From NCBI GenBank assembly GCA_964016885.1, contig OZ024740.1, positions 163,990,001 through 164,054,000 on the forward strand: a stretch of DNA of 64,000 nt, read 5' to 3'. How positions within the stretch are numbered: position 1 is the first letter of the stretch; each line of letters starts with the position of its first letter. The notes beneath the pieces were generated by a model that saw only the letters and a program-made list of their open reading frames with translations, searched no databases and had not been told where the DNA came from. This DNA comes from Eledone cirrhosa (Eukaryota). Below are positions 14,595 through 28,088 of the stretch, one piece after another. Both the position numbers and the translations under genes were made by a program.

Positions 14595-15067
14595 GACGGC
14601 GATGAATTTGTTTTGCGAGGTTTTTGATATGAAATCGTGTGTCGAAAAAATATTGTTATACTTGGGGAGGGTCATATTGTTGTAATAATATTGCCAGCAA
14701 TAATAACAGAACACACTCACTGTTTGGTTGGTTTTCGCTTCTGCATCTTTTATATCCCAATAAATAAATAGATAAAATAAAAATGGCGTAGACATTACAA
14801 GACATACAATACAGTAGGGGGAAACATGATAATAGTACCACATATGTTATTGCAGATGTGCAACGAAAGAACTTTGTTAGACTATATATATTTATATCTG
14901 TATTTTTTACCGTTGGTCAGTTAATGATAAACATTGATGCTCAAATGAATTAACTATGGAGATATAAAAGATACAGAGGTGAAAACCAACCAAACAGTGA
15001 GTGTATTCTGTTATTATTTCTGGCATTATTATTACAACAATATGACCCACCTCAAGTATAACAATAT
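14595..15067 (-). mobile_element. fold-back family 'gttatacttggggagggtcata': tail, ~108-bp arm, spacer, arm
   Basis: 14650-14757 is inverted at 14959-15067, with tail 14595-14649 and (TA)n on both sides. Confidence 0.8.
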
Positions 15068-15070
15068 ATA

Positions 15071-15129
<59 letters not shown>

Positions 15130-15226
15130 AAATGAAGTAATTCCGTCGGGAAGCTCCAGGAAAAAAGAGTGCTCTATGTAGGTTACAGAGCTTAATAGTT
15201 ATGTAATAAACAACATAAGATAATTA

Positions 15227-15287
15227 TTTCATTTACCAGTGGTTTCTCGAAAGCAAACAAAATTTGCTTTCAGTCATCAGAATGAAA
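15227..15287 (-). ncRNA. type I hammerhead ribozyme motif
   Basis: tttcatt-CTGATGA-ctgaaagcaaa(ttttg)tttgctttcga-GAAA-cc(act)gg-TA-aatgaaa. 7-bp stem I; the first pair of stem II is mismatched. Confidence 0.75.
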
Positions 15288-15419
15288 AAATCCTGGTGTA
15301 TTTATTGACAGTGGATTTTAAAAACAAAAATATAATCTATATGAAAGTGAGGCTGGAAAAGGAAGAAGGAAAGGAAAAAAAGGGAAAAAGAATAGATATA
15401 AAAGTAGATAAACAATCAT

Positions 15420-15535
<116 letters not shown>

Positions 15536-15567
15536 ACACACACACACATATACATATATATATACAT

Positions 15568-15646
<79 letters not shown>

Positions 15647-15725
15647 CATATATATATACATACATACACATATATATATACATATCCATACATACACATA
15701 CATAGAAATACACAAACACACACAC

Positions 15726-15782
<57 letters not shown>

Positions 15783-16147
15783 ATCATACATATATACACA
15801 CGTACATACACACACATACATACACACATATATACACGCATACATACTCACACACATATATAGATATATGTACAAACACCTACATGCACACACACACAAT
15901 TAATTATAATAAAAAATAAAAAAACAATGGACAACCATATAATGCAATAGGCCGTCACATAAAAAAAAAAAAATATACAACTTAAGAAAATAAAAATAAA
16001 AATTATTATAAAGTTGACAGTGATACAGGAAATAAACAAACACACGTGGTAAGCAATACACACATTTACACATACACATACATACATATAAATATATACA
16101 TACACACACACACATACACACATATATACATATATATATATATATAG

Positions 16148-16230
<83 letters not shown>

Positions 16231-16655
16231 AGAAAATCCATAAATATTATATATATATATAAAAATAAAAAGGTGGAAGGGGTAACCAAATAGTTGGGAA
16301 TACGACAAATAATAAATAAATAAATAGATAAAGGTATAAATGTTTATAGCTGATTTAGAGCACTCAACAAGTTCCTGGAGCAAATAATCAATGAAAATAA
16401 ACATTAAATCACTCTGTATGTAATTATACATACACATATATATATATACACACACACTAAACCATACAAATACACACACATATACATATAGATACATATA
16501 TACATATATATATATATATATGAAAAAAGTATGACCCCGACGGCAGAGCTAAAGCCGTTTCGACGGCTATTATATATATATATATAAATATATACATATA
16601 TATATAAAATACACATACACGCACACACACACTAACATACACACACACATATAAA

Positions 16656-16743
<88 letters not shown>

Positions 16744-17398
16744 CACACACATATATACATACAAATATACATAACTATATACACACATACATATACATAC
16801 AGATATATATAATTACATACACATATATATATACATATATCTATACATATACATATATACACATATACACAACACATACATGCACACAGAAATAAATATC
16901 TATAAATAAAAAAGGTGGGTATGTAAAGGGTAAGGTAGAAAGTAGGGGGGAATAAGGAAAATAAATAACCTAGGAAAAAGTTTAAATATAAGGGGAGATA
17001 AGGGAGAAAAAGAATATAAGAGTACAGAAAGTGAGTTCAGAGAGTAATAAAAATCGTAGTGGATGTAAGGCATAGAGAGCAGAGAAGAAGTTCAAGGTGG
17101 TTGAGTCATCGTAGGAATGTCAATCCAGTTACAGATCAGATGTGATTTCAGGTGAGGACAACATCTGAAGATCTCGGTCTTGGAGTTCAGGCAAGTTGAA
17201 GTGGCTTTCAAGTTTTGTAGATTCCTAAATTTTTCAGTCGTACACAAAGAACAATTCTTTGTTCCCCTTTGGTATTCCCTCGAATGGTCTAAAATAGACC
17301 AATCGATAGAGTACGGGATGTTTTTATCTTTGAATTCCCACACCTTATTTGCGAGAGCCGTTGCTGTTCTTTTATCAGAGTGTTTAAAAGAAGCGACA

Positions 17399-17461
<63 letters not shown>

Positions 17462-17651
17462 ATGTGTGTTTATATGTGTGTGTGTATTTTTATTAAGGTG
17501 GTGACGTATTTTTTGTATATATGTGTGTGTATATTAGTGTGTGTGTGTATATGTGTATTTTTATATATATGTATATATTTATATATATATATATATATAT
17601 AATAGCCGTCGAAACGGCTTGAGCTCTGTCGTCGGGGTCATACTTTTTTCC

Positions 17652-17684
<33 letters not shown>

Positions 17685-17700
17685 GTGTGTATTTGTATGG

Positions 17701-17748
<48 letters not shown>

Positions 17749-17948
17749 ATATGCATAATTACATACAGAGTGATTTAATGTTTATTTTCATTCATTATTT
17801 GCTCCAGGAATTTGTTGAGTGCGCTAAATCAGCTATAAACATTTATACCTTTATCTATTTAATTATTTATTTATTATTTGTCGTATTCCCAACGTTTACC
17901 CCTTCCACCTTTTTATTTATATAAATATAATATTTATGTATTTTCTTA

Positions 17949-18019
<71 letters not shown>

Positions 18020-18202
18020 GGGTGTGTATATATATATATGTATATATGTGTATATATATATGTATGTATATATATATATATATGTATATGTGTGTTTATG
18101 TGTGTGTGTGTGTGTGTATATATTTATATGTATGTATATATGTGTATGTATGTATGTATGTATGTATATATATATATATATATGTATGTGTATATATGTG
18201 TG

Positions 18203-18249
<47 letters not shown>

Positions 18250-18433
18250 GTGTGCATGTATATGTGTGCGCGCGCGCGCGTGTGCGTGTGTGTTTGTGTG
18301 TGCATGTGTATTTGTCTACTTTTATATTTATTCTTTTTCCATTTTTTCCTTTCCTTCTTCCTTTTCCAGCCTCACTTTCATATAAATTATATTTTTGTTT
18401 TTAAATCTACTGTCAATAAATACACCACGATTT

Positions 18434-18494
18434 TTTCATTCTGATGACTGAAAGCAAATTTTGTTTGCTTCCAAGAAACCACTGGTAAATGAAA
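18434..18494 (+). ncRNA. type I hammerhead ribozyme motif (inverted copy of 15227-15287)
   Basis: tttcatt-CTGATGA-...-GAAA-ccactgg-TA-aatgaaa. Confidence 0.7.
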
Positions 18495-18519
18495 TAATTA
18501 TCTTATGTTGTTTATTACA

Positions 18520-18659
<140 letters not shown>

Positions 18660-18660
18660 C

Positions 18661-18696
<36 letters not shown>

Positions 18697-18700
<4 letters not shown>

Positions 18701-18888
18701 AAAAAGTATGACCCCGCCGGCAGAGCTCAAGCCGTTTCGACGGCTATTTCTGGACTGAAATAGCCGTGGAAATGGTTTGAGCTCTGCCGTCGGGGTCATA
18801 CTTTTTCCTATTTCCCACTCTACTACCCTAAGTATTGAGTACTCTGGTGCGTTATGGTGCATCTGGTTCCTTACCACAATTCCTTTGT
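18697..18888 (+). mobile_element. half-hammerhead fold-back element (diverged subfamily)
   Basis: Arms 18697-18810 around the loop tggact, then a tail homologous to 23114-23191. (TA)n on both sides. Confidence 0.85.
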
Positions 18889-19194
18889 TATATATATATA
18901 TACACAGTTCGAGAGTAAACCAATCTTAAAGAGAGAGATGGAGGTAGGAGAGGAGAAGAGAGATTGGTGAAGGTGTTAGAAGCCAAAAGCGTAAAGCCTT
19001 GTGCTCGATGTGCAATATGCACTGGGAGGCAACTAGAGAACTGGGTCCATGCAGAGATTAGGTGCACATAACTGGAAATATTCATTAGTTAAGCAAAGCA
19101 AGACCACAAAATTCACATGGAAGATGTTAGTTAAAGCATAGTTGCAGTTTAATGTAAGGAATAAATAGTGTAATTGTAGTTTAACGTAAGGAAA

Positions 19195-19533
19195 AATTGT
19201 TTCTACTTTTGGCACCAGGCCAGCAATTATCTCAGTACATCACTGGTTCTTTATTTTATCGACCCTGAAATGATGAAAGGCAAAGTTAACCTCGGCGGGA
19301 TTTGAACTCAGTCCGTAAAGGGACGTAACTATGCTGTAAAGTATGGCTAATAATTGTTTCTACTTTTGGCACAAGGCCAGCAATTTCCCAGTGTATTACT
19401 GGTACTTTATTTTATCGACCCCGTAAGGATGAAAGGCAAAGTTAACCTCGGCGGGATTTGAACTCAGAATGGCAAGGGCCGTAACTCTATGCGTCAAAGC
19501 ATGGCGTCCGACCCTCTACCGATACTGCCAATT
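19195..19533 (-). mobile_element. tRNA-derived SINE, one partial and one full unit in tandem
   Basis: Minus strand has A box tggcagtatcgg, B box gagttcaaatcc and core gcctttcatccttacggggtcgataaaataaagtacc (MetaSINE-like, from memory). Absent from the other PLE arm. Confidence 0.85.
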
Positions 19534-20123
19534 CAATGTCCATTTACAATTATTTCGCTACTTCATATAATGTTTCTGGATCAATTGATTATTAGATCGT
19601 TATTGATCTGATTCAGAGGAAGATAAGTAACTTAAGTAATGTTATGGAGCAGCACTTCAGAACTATAGATGAGATAATGAAAATATTTATAAAGATAAGA
19701 TGGAATAAGACAGATAAAATAAAGTAAAGTAAGATGTTTACGTGACTGTACGATTACAGAGATTGGTATTTCACAAAAGGAGTCCTGGATAGCTCAAATG
19801 TCTGCTATAAACAAGCATTACGCTTCTGTCGAGTCTCTATTAAGCAAGATCTGCGTATGCGTAACAAGATGGCTACTTTTACGAAATTTATCTTATTAAT
19901 TAGAGACGGGTTTCAAGGGAGGTAACTCCTTGAAAAGTTAAATTCATAAGGAATTTATAATTTCGATAGTGCAAAAGACCTTAAATGTATGATAATGTAA
20001 GGGAGGTAACTTATAATTGTCTAAGTATAGGGCTAAATATTTAACATGCTAGTTATATGCAATGGCGAGATTTGATGACTATGTTGGGTCGAATATTCTG
20101 TTGGCGCAGGAATTTGCCCTACG

Positions 20124-22320
20124 ATGGTGACAGTTAATAAGAATAATTTCCTCACAAAATTAGCAACAGCAATCAAAAACTTTAAAAATAGCCACCTCAT
20201 ACATGTTATGTCTGATAAAACTAAAAATTTATATACCATGCCTCCTGAAACTTACAACTCTTTCCTTCTTAAGGAGCTTAATAAGAACTATAAAAAAACT
20301 ATACCCTCCAGTGTAAACTTACTTAACCGAAAAGCCCAGGCTCTGGTTAAGTACTTGCATCTGGATAAATTTACCCACCCTTATGTATCCACAACTCCTA
20401 GGTTCTCGCTCAAAGATCACAAGCCAATCTTTATTGAGAACCCATCTATTAGGCTTATAAGTCCAACCACATCTGACTTGGGTCGTATCAGCAAGAACAT
20501 TCTCGATAGGATCATACCTGGGTTGCGAGATGGTATCACCTACAAGATGTGGTCTAACACCGGCCAAGTCATTAGATGGTTTTCAGATCTAAGGTCCAAG
20601 GACTCGATGAGGTTTCTTTAATTTGACATTGACAGTTACTACGCTTCAATAACCCCGACACTGCTTAACAAAGCATTAACCCTAGCTAGCACTAACTCTG
20701 ACATAACTAATAAGGAGATTGCCATCATACTTATGACTAGGGAGACCATCATTGAGTTCAACGGCTCATTCTGGACTAGAAAGGACAGAACAGACAACTT
20801 CGACATCACAATGGGCTCAAGCGACTCTGCGCAAGTCACCGATTTAGTTGAAATCTACCTCTTACATAACATCAGAGCTGAGATCCAACCCTTGCAAGGT
20901 GGAATATATAGGGACGACGCCCTATTTGCAGTCCACAATTGCTCTAATCGAGGCATTGACTTGCTCAAAAAACAATTACATAGATTTTTTAAAAATAACG
21001 GTCTCTCTATCACCATCGAACCGAACCATCAGGTAGTAAATTTCCTGGACGTTACTCTAGATCTTAATAACAATTTATATTACCCTTATCATAAACCAGG
21101 TGATATACTTACATATATTAGCCCGCACTCTAACCACCCACCGGCGGTCATCAGAGCAGTTATTAAATCTATCTCTTATAGGATCTCCATGCTATCCGCA
21201 AATGAGGAGATATTTATGAACCACGCGGCATATTATAATAAGGCCTTTTCTGAATCTGGTTATGAACAGTCTATCTACTACATACCTAAAGGCCATAACG
21301 CAGAACTTCGCCACAACTATAATAAATTTAACACTAGAACTAGAAACACAATAGCATGTAGCCAGATACGCCGTTACTTTAGCCTTAACAACACCTATAC
21401 AGGGAACCGTAATGGTGGCAGAGGCCAACTTCCCACTCCTAGTAGCAGACTCAGAATCAACCCTAGAATAGGAATGAACAATGGGATGACCAATAGCAAA
21501 CGCCTCGGTAATAATAACCCTATGAAGGCCCTCGCCAACTCTACTAGAACCCCTAGAAGTAATAGGCCGAGAAAAATCACCTGGTTTAACCCCCCATTCT
21601 CATCTAATTTAGCCACTAATATCCCTAAACGCTTCTTCTCTATCCTATCTAAACATTTCCCCCCCAACCATAGATACTAAAAACTCTTTAATAAAAACAA
21701 TATTAAAATCTCCTTCTCCACGACACCGAACCTAGCTAGCCACATCGCATTCAGTAACCATCATAAACTAAAACACCGCGGTACACCCCCCCATAAATAC
21801 ACCACGCAACTATACCAATACTTATTCTAGTAGCATATCACCCCCTCCAATTCTATTAGTACACACCAGCCGCATAGTTTAAACAACCCTACTCTTGCTA
21901 ATAGCAACAGTAATTGCTACTGCCGTTACCCTAATGCATGCCCACTTAACGGACAATGCCTTACGCCCAATATAGTATATAGGTGCACAGTTAGCATCAC
22001 ATACTAGCTCCTATATTGGCTCTACCTCTAACCCTTTTAAGGTACGCTATAATGCGCACTCATTTTCCTTCCGCGACCCTAGCAATAGATGCTCAACATC
22101 TCTAGCTAGGCTCATTAAAAACCTTAAATTAACCAACATTGAACACTCACTAACCTGGGATATCTTGGCTAGATCCCAGCATTCAATGGACGAAGAAACT
22201 GTTGTGATCTCTGTCTTACCGAGGCCTATCACATAACACTGTCACGACCAACACCTATTAATGATAGAAACGAGATAACTATTAACTGTCACCATCGTAG
22301 GGCAAATTCCTGCGCCAACA
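20124..22320 (+). pseudogene. PLE RT plus GIY-YIG ORF, disrupted
   Basis: Motifs LKDHK, FDITMGSSDSA, GIYRDDAL, VNFLDVTLDL, SNHPP, WFNPPFS, CYCR..CPLNGQCL..IVY, YIG and CDLCLTE. In-frame TAA at 20619 and 21678, plus frameshifts in the endonuclease region. Confidence 0.9.
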
Positions 22321-22755
22321 GAATATTCGACCCAACATAGTCATCAAATCTCGCCATTACATATAGCTAGAATGTTAAATATTTAGCCCTATACTTAGAC
22401 AATTATAAGTTACCTCCCTTACATTATCATACATTTAAGGTCTTTTGCACTATCGTAATTATAAATTCCTTATGAATTTAACTTTTCAAGGAGTTACCTC
22501 CCTTGAAACCCGTCTCTAATTAATAAGATAAATTTCGTAAAAGAAGCCATCTTGTTACGCATACGCAGATCTTGCTTAATACAGCCTCGACAGAAGCGTA
22601 ATGCTTGTTTATAGCAGACATTTGAGCTATCCAGGACTCTTTTCGTGAAATGCCAATCTCTGTAATCGTACAGTCACGTAACCATCTTATTTTACTTTAT
22701 ATTATATGTCTTATTCCATCTTATCTTTATAAATATTTTCATTATCTCATCTATA

Positions 22756-22875
22756 GTTCTGAAGAGCTGCTCCATAACATTACTTAAGTTACTTATCTTC
22801 CTCTGAATCAGATCAATAACGATCTAATAATCAATTGATCCAGAAACAATATGAAGTAGCGAAACAATTGTAAAC
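22756..22875 (+). ncRNA. candidate hammerhead with a very long stem II
   Basis: gtt-CTGAAGA-gctgctccat...atgaagtagc-GAAA-caattg-TA-aac. Stem I is only 3 bp; stem III is palindromic. Confidence 0.5.
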
Positions 22876-22963
22876 GGACATTATTATTCCTTACATTAAA
22901 CTGCAACTATGCTTTAACTAACGTCTTCTATGTGAAATTTGAGGTCTTGCTTTGCTTAACTAA

Positions 22964-22996
<33 letters not shown>

Positions 22997-23001
<5 letters not shown>

Positions 23002-23191
23002 AACCAGTAAGACCCCGACGGCTGAGCTCAAGCCGTTTCGACGGCTAATTATAGTCCAGAATTAGCCGTCGAAACGGCTTGAGCTCAGCCGTCGGGGTCT
23101 TACTGGTTCCTATTACCCACTCTACTACCCCAAGTATTGAGTACTTTGGTGCGTTATGGTCCACCTGGTTCCTTACCACATTTCGTTCGTT
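22997..23191 (+). mobile_element. half-hammerhead fold-back element
   Basis: Arms 22997-23113 around the loop atagtccag, tail to 23191, (TA)n on both sides. Confidence 0.9.
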
Positions 23192-23206
23192 ATATATATA
23201 TATATA

Positions 23207-23496
23207 TATATGAGAGGGATGAACACCGATACAAGTATACATGTGTTGCCCGATATAGGTTTGTTATTTTTATTGATTTATTACTTTAAATCGAGACAGG
23301 CAAACCAGATTGTTTTAAATTAGTATTTTTCAACCTAGCTAACTTGGTCATTTACAATTGGAACGCATGTATACTTGTATCGGTGTTCATCTCTCTCATA
23401 TATTCAATTATATTACACGGCTCGGAAAGATTCCCTTCCTTGAGCTATTTAATTGTAAAAGACTATTTTAAGTTTCTCACTCAATCTATCAATCTA

Positions 23497-23498
<2 letters not shown>
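23207..23498 (+). mobile_element. asymmetric inverted-repeat insertion in (TA)n
   Basis: atatgagagggatgaacaccgatacaagtatacatg (23207-23244) is inverted at 23366-23403, followed by a ~95-bp tail. Confidence 0.75.
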
Positions 23499-23575
<77 letters not shown>

Positions 23576-24122
23576 TATATATATATATGTATGTATGTGT
23601 GTATTTATGTGTCTGTGTGTGTCAATGAGGTTGACTTGGTTGCTTTTCGGGAGAGATAGTAGACCTGTGTATGCATATATATGGAGTGGAATTTGGAATA
23701 TGTGTAATGATGCATACGCACATACATATATACGTATATGTGTATGTATGTATATATGTGTATGCATTAATGTCGACTCCAGCACTCATGCTACTTGGGT
23801 TCAGCTTGTGTACTGCCGCTGTCATGTCTATTTCAAACAATGAAGAACTCTAGAAATGTCTCAGAACACTATGTTCATTCTTGCATTGTAATACTTGCCC
23901 TGATCTAATAGCGTAACTCGAGCTGACAAATTTCTAACGATTTCATTAATTAAAATCTTAATTAAGGAAATGTTTATAAACAAAATATAATGAAATAAGT
24001 CTAAATTATATAATTTTTGTCCGAGGGAAAGTATCGCGTTACTAAAATGTTTTGATCAAAAATGAAAATATTTTCAAGCTTGGTATTGGACCACCGTGTT
24101 ATGTCTGATCGTTCATGATTTT

Positions 24123-24302
24123 TCCAGTATCGTTAGTGGGTCGGACGCCATGCTTAGCAGCATGGAGTTACGGGCCTTTACGATCTGAGATCAAATCGCG
24201 CCGAGGTTAACTTTGCCTTTCATCCTTACGGGGTCGATAAAATAAAGTACCAGTAATACACTGTAATAATTGCTGGCCTTTTGCCAAAAGTAGAAACAAT
24301 TA
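24123..24302 (+). mobile_element. tRNA-derived SINE
   Basis: Same family as 19195, in sense orientation, with decayed A and B boxes. Confidence 0.8.
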
Positions 24303-24834
24303 TTAAAACATATAGCAGTAACTATATCACTTTCATCCACACATTCAGCAATGCACATATAGCCCTTTTTTCTAAATCTTTCACCAGTGACTAATTATTA
24401 CGATAACATCTAGAGTGGTGATAAAGAAAATATAAATGTATCCATCATGGAAAAGGATACAGTTAGATCTAAAAGAAAAAATCCTTTGAGCAGAAAAATA
24501 TTAAACCAGCCCGAACTACTCTACTGAAAACAAAAGTAGGCACGCGCTCGTTTTAAATCATAAGACATAAACAGATAAACAGATTGATTGGGTATGTTCA
24601 ATATAACAAGTTTTTGTGAAGAAAGCAGAAAAGTGTATTTAGAGATACTGATGGAGTAAGCGTTTATTTCTCATAAAAAATGTATATATTTTCAATCTTA
24701 AATATACCAGTGCAGTATTTGTTCCATGTAAACACTGTTTATTCTGCTATAGGGAAGCCATTCAAATGATTTTAATATAGAAATGCATTGAACACCATGT
24801 AAAAAGATATCTTGTACGTTTAATACATTTTGTT

Positions 24835-24973
24835 AAAAAAATCATGAGCTACAGACGCCACTAATACACACACACTCACACACATATAATATTATATATA
24901 TATATATATATATAAACCTATTATATAAGTGTGTGATTGTGTGTATTAGTGGCGTCTAAGCTCATGATTTTTT
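24835..24973. repeat. imperfect inverted repeat around a TA tract
   Basis: aaaaatcatgagctacagacgccactaatacaca versus tgtgtattagtggcgtctaagctcatgattttt. Confidence 0.75.
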
Positions 24974-25237
24974 ATATATATGTATGTAAAAGGTAAACAG
25001 AATAACAACACAATCGGTACAGTGTATAAAAGGAACATGTTATGTTAACGCTTGAACTAGCAGGAAGATATGTAAAGGGTAAACAGAAATATCAAAGCAA
25101 AAGACACAGTGCAATACAGAAATATGTTAGTTTAACGCTTCAAATAAGGAAAAGAGCCACCCGTATGTTATTGACGGCCGAGAGAAACGGGTATTCAATA
25201 CCAGCGTAACAAGACTCACTATTTAGCCTTTATAAAA

Positions 25238-25291
<54 letters not shown>

Positions 25292-25429
25292 AATATATGT
25301 ATGTGTGTGTGTGTGTGTGTGTGTATGTGAGTGTGTGTCTGCGCGCGTGTCTGTGTGTTGAACATAAAGGTTGATAATGATTTCTAGTTTTCTCCTGGTA
25401 TCCATTTCACCACTAAAACTAAATAAAAT

Positions 25430-25612
25430 AATTGTTTCTACTATTGGCACAAGGCCAGAAATTAACCAGTGTATTACTGGTACTTTATTTTATCGACCCC
25501 GTAAGGATGAAAGGCAAAGTTAACCTCGGCGGGATTTGAACTCAGAATGACAAGGGCCGTAACTCTGTGCGTCAAAGCATGGTGTCCGACCCTCTACCGA
25601 TACTGCCAATTC
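25430..25612 (-). mobile_element. tRNA-derived SINE
   Basis: Near-identical to 19352-19533. Confidence 0.85.
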
Positions 25613-26477
25613 ACCAAAATAATGGAGGCAATGAGGGTTTATCTACATGGTCACTTGTCATGCACGAATTAGCAGTTGATTTTTTTTCAAACCATATCAT
25701 ACCACTTCATATTGATAATGGAGTCCTACATACATTTAAGAAATGACGAGGTTGTCACGGTCAGAATACCTTTAATCATATGCCTGTCTGATCAGGTTTG
25801 ACCTGAAGATAAAAAGAAAACAAAATATACAACAAAATAATCGCTTTCGTGAGTTGAATAAAACACCCATAGAAATATTCAAAGCTTCTATGAAACAATT
25901 TGCGAACAGAATCCTAAAAAGTACAACAAAACACAATTAGAAGGAAGAAAAGAAGAATTTATACTTCAATGGACACGTACACGTACAAGATGTAGCGATG
26001 GTACCCTGGTGATACCATCATGAGTTAAGGGTCAATGAATGGATAGATTAAGATCAATATTGTCCAATGACTCATCACACATTTAGGACGATATTCTATC
26101 TATATTTTTGTATTATTTTACTGGTGTCAGTCATTTAACTGCAACCACGCTGGGCGCTGCCTCCAAAGGTTTAGCCGATTTTATCGACATGTATTCGCTA
26201 TTGCTTAAAGGCTGGCATATATGTTATCAAGGTTGCATTATGGAATAGATGCTTTACAAACCATAAACACACAGTACCGATTGGTAAGCGGTGCAAGCGT
26301 AAACACATATACGCACAGAGGAAATACATTAAAAACTCTTATATATATGTATATATATCGAGAGAGAGAGAAAGCCAATAATCTCTCACGCCTGTCTCTT
26401 TCTCCCCCTCTCTCTCTGTCGCTTTTCTAGATATCTCTCTATCTATTAATCACTCTCACCACACCCTCTCTACTTCA

Positions 26478-27576
26478 ATCTTCATTAAACCAACAGACTC
26501 CCAATTTTACCTAGACTTCACCCCCCCTCCCATCCAACCCACACCAAACACTCTATACCCTATTCCCAATTCCTCCGTCTTCGTCGACTCTGTAGCCAGG
26601 ACGACGATTTCGAAACCCATTCCCTTCGCATGGCTTCCTGCTTCATCCAGCATGGATATCCCCCCACCCTGATCCAAGCTGCTCTGACCCGCGCCCGTGA
26701 AACAGACCGCACCACAGCCCTCTCACCTCACCCGTGTTCCTTTCCCTCTCACCTGCCACCCCATCACTCTACCACTCCGGTGATATATCCTCCGCTCCTT
26801 CCGTATCCTCTCTTCCGACCCCGTCACTTCTCGCTTTATTCCAAACCCACCCATTACTGCTTTTAAGCGCGCCCGCAACCTCCGTGACCTCCTGGTTCGC
26901 AGTTCCTTTTCGTCCTCTCCCACGACTCCACCCGGCTCTTATCCTTGTTCCCGTTCCCGCTGCAACACTTGTCCCTTTATTTCCACCGTTCACCACTCTT
27001 ACAGGCCCTAACGGGTCCTTCGGTATCCGCTATTCCTTCACCTGCACATCCACCCACGTTGTCTATGCCCTCCGGTGTTCCCTTTGCGGGTCTTTATATA
27101 TCGGACAAACGGGACGCCGTATGGTGGACCGTTTTGCCGAACATTTGAGGGACATACGACTCGGTTTGGATACTCCTGTCGCACGTCATTTCTGTTCTCC
27201 TGGTCATTCTTCCCTGGGTGTCCTTTTACACCATGGATCACAGGCCTCGCGCACCAGGACTGAAAAAAGTCTGATTCACCGCTTTGGGTCCTATTCCCCT
27301 CTTGGACTCAACTCACCTCCCCAATTTCTCAAATACCCCGTCCGTTATCACACTCTTAGATTCCTATCGCTTTCTCTTGATCATTAGCAGCTTCTCTTAC
27401 AACTAATACATGCCGACTATATATGCTCACTCCACTTTTCTCTTCACTGCTCTGTATACACACATACATACCCCCTATATTAACATACTTATGTTCATAG
27501 CTTCGTACTTACATGCACACACACTCTTTTACTCACATATACACACACATTTCTTCTTAGTTTCGTACGGACGTAT

Positions 27577-27633
<57 letters not shown>

Positions 27634-28088
27634 AACACATGCTTACGCACGTGCTCAAGTATAGCTCTTTTTACAAAACGTTTTTTTTTTCCATTTCAGG
27701 TAGACGCGCTCCAGAATCCATTTTTCTAAAAAATAAATCATACACAAAACGCCAGCACCAAGAGTTTTGCAAGAGATTTCAACATGAATGGACCTGTTAT
27801 TTTTATCTAAAGACATTTTTTCCAATTCCATCCCGCCCGTCCCCTCAATATATCTTATTTCTCATTCTTTCTTCTGATGAAGGACTAGCGTCCGAAATGT
27901 TAAGACCATCGTTAACCTAATATATCCCTTCCTGTACCGATTGTGTTGTTATTTGTAACCAGGATTGAGCAACACATCTCCTATGTAACACCTCCACTTT
28001 ATTCTTATTGTATACACTCTGATTTGCATTGAGTACTGACTTTGGTTCTCTCACCAGTTTTCTTCAGAGTTACTGAACTTTTTGCATA
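26478..28088 (+). mobile_element. 5'-truncated PLE (Neptune-like): RT C-terminus, GIY-YIG and 3' region
   Basis: KPTDSQFYL..HPTHTKHSIPYSQFLRLRRLCS, then FTCTSTHVVYALRCSLCGSLYIGQTGRR..RFAEH..PVARHF, with frameshifts. Hammerhead downstream. Clade name is from recalled motifs. Confidence 0.85.
27870..27905 (+). ncRNA. minimal type I hammerhead (PLE type)
   Basis: tctt-CTGATGA-aggac(tagc)gtcc-GAAA-tgtt-aaga. Stem III is reduced, probably from the palindrome AACGTT as in the copy at 37239. Confidence 0.7.

Larger units (their letters stand above)
18904..22970 (+). mobile_element. Penelope-like element with an inverted copy of its 3' region at the 5' side
   Basis: 19078-20136 (interrupted by a SINE) is the reverse complement of 22281-22970. 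Tail 18904-19077, (TA)n flanks, RT plus GIY-YIG in between. Confidence 0.9.

Noticed and set aside
19640-19925. Protein-like antisense reading of the PLE 3' region
   Set aside because: In-frame stops at matching positions in both arms and no recognisable motif.
20124-22320. Selenocysteine recoding, as reported for some Naiad PLEs
   Set aside because: The interrupting stops I checked are TAA, and the Cys motifs use ordinary Cys codons.
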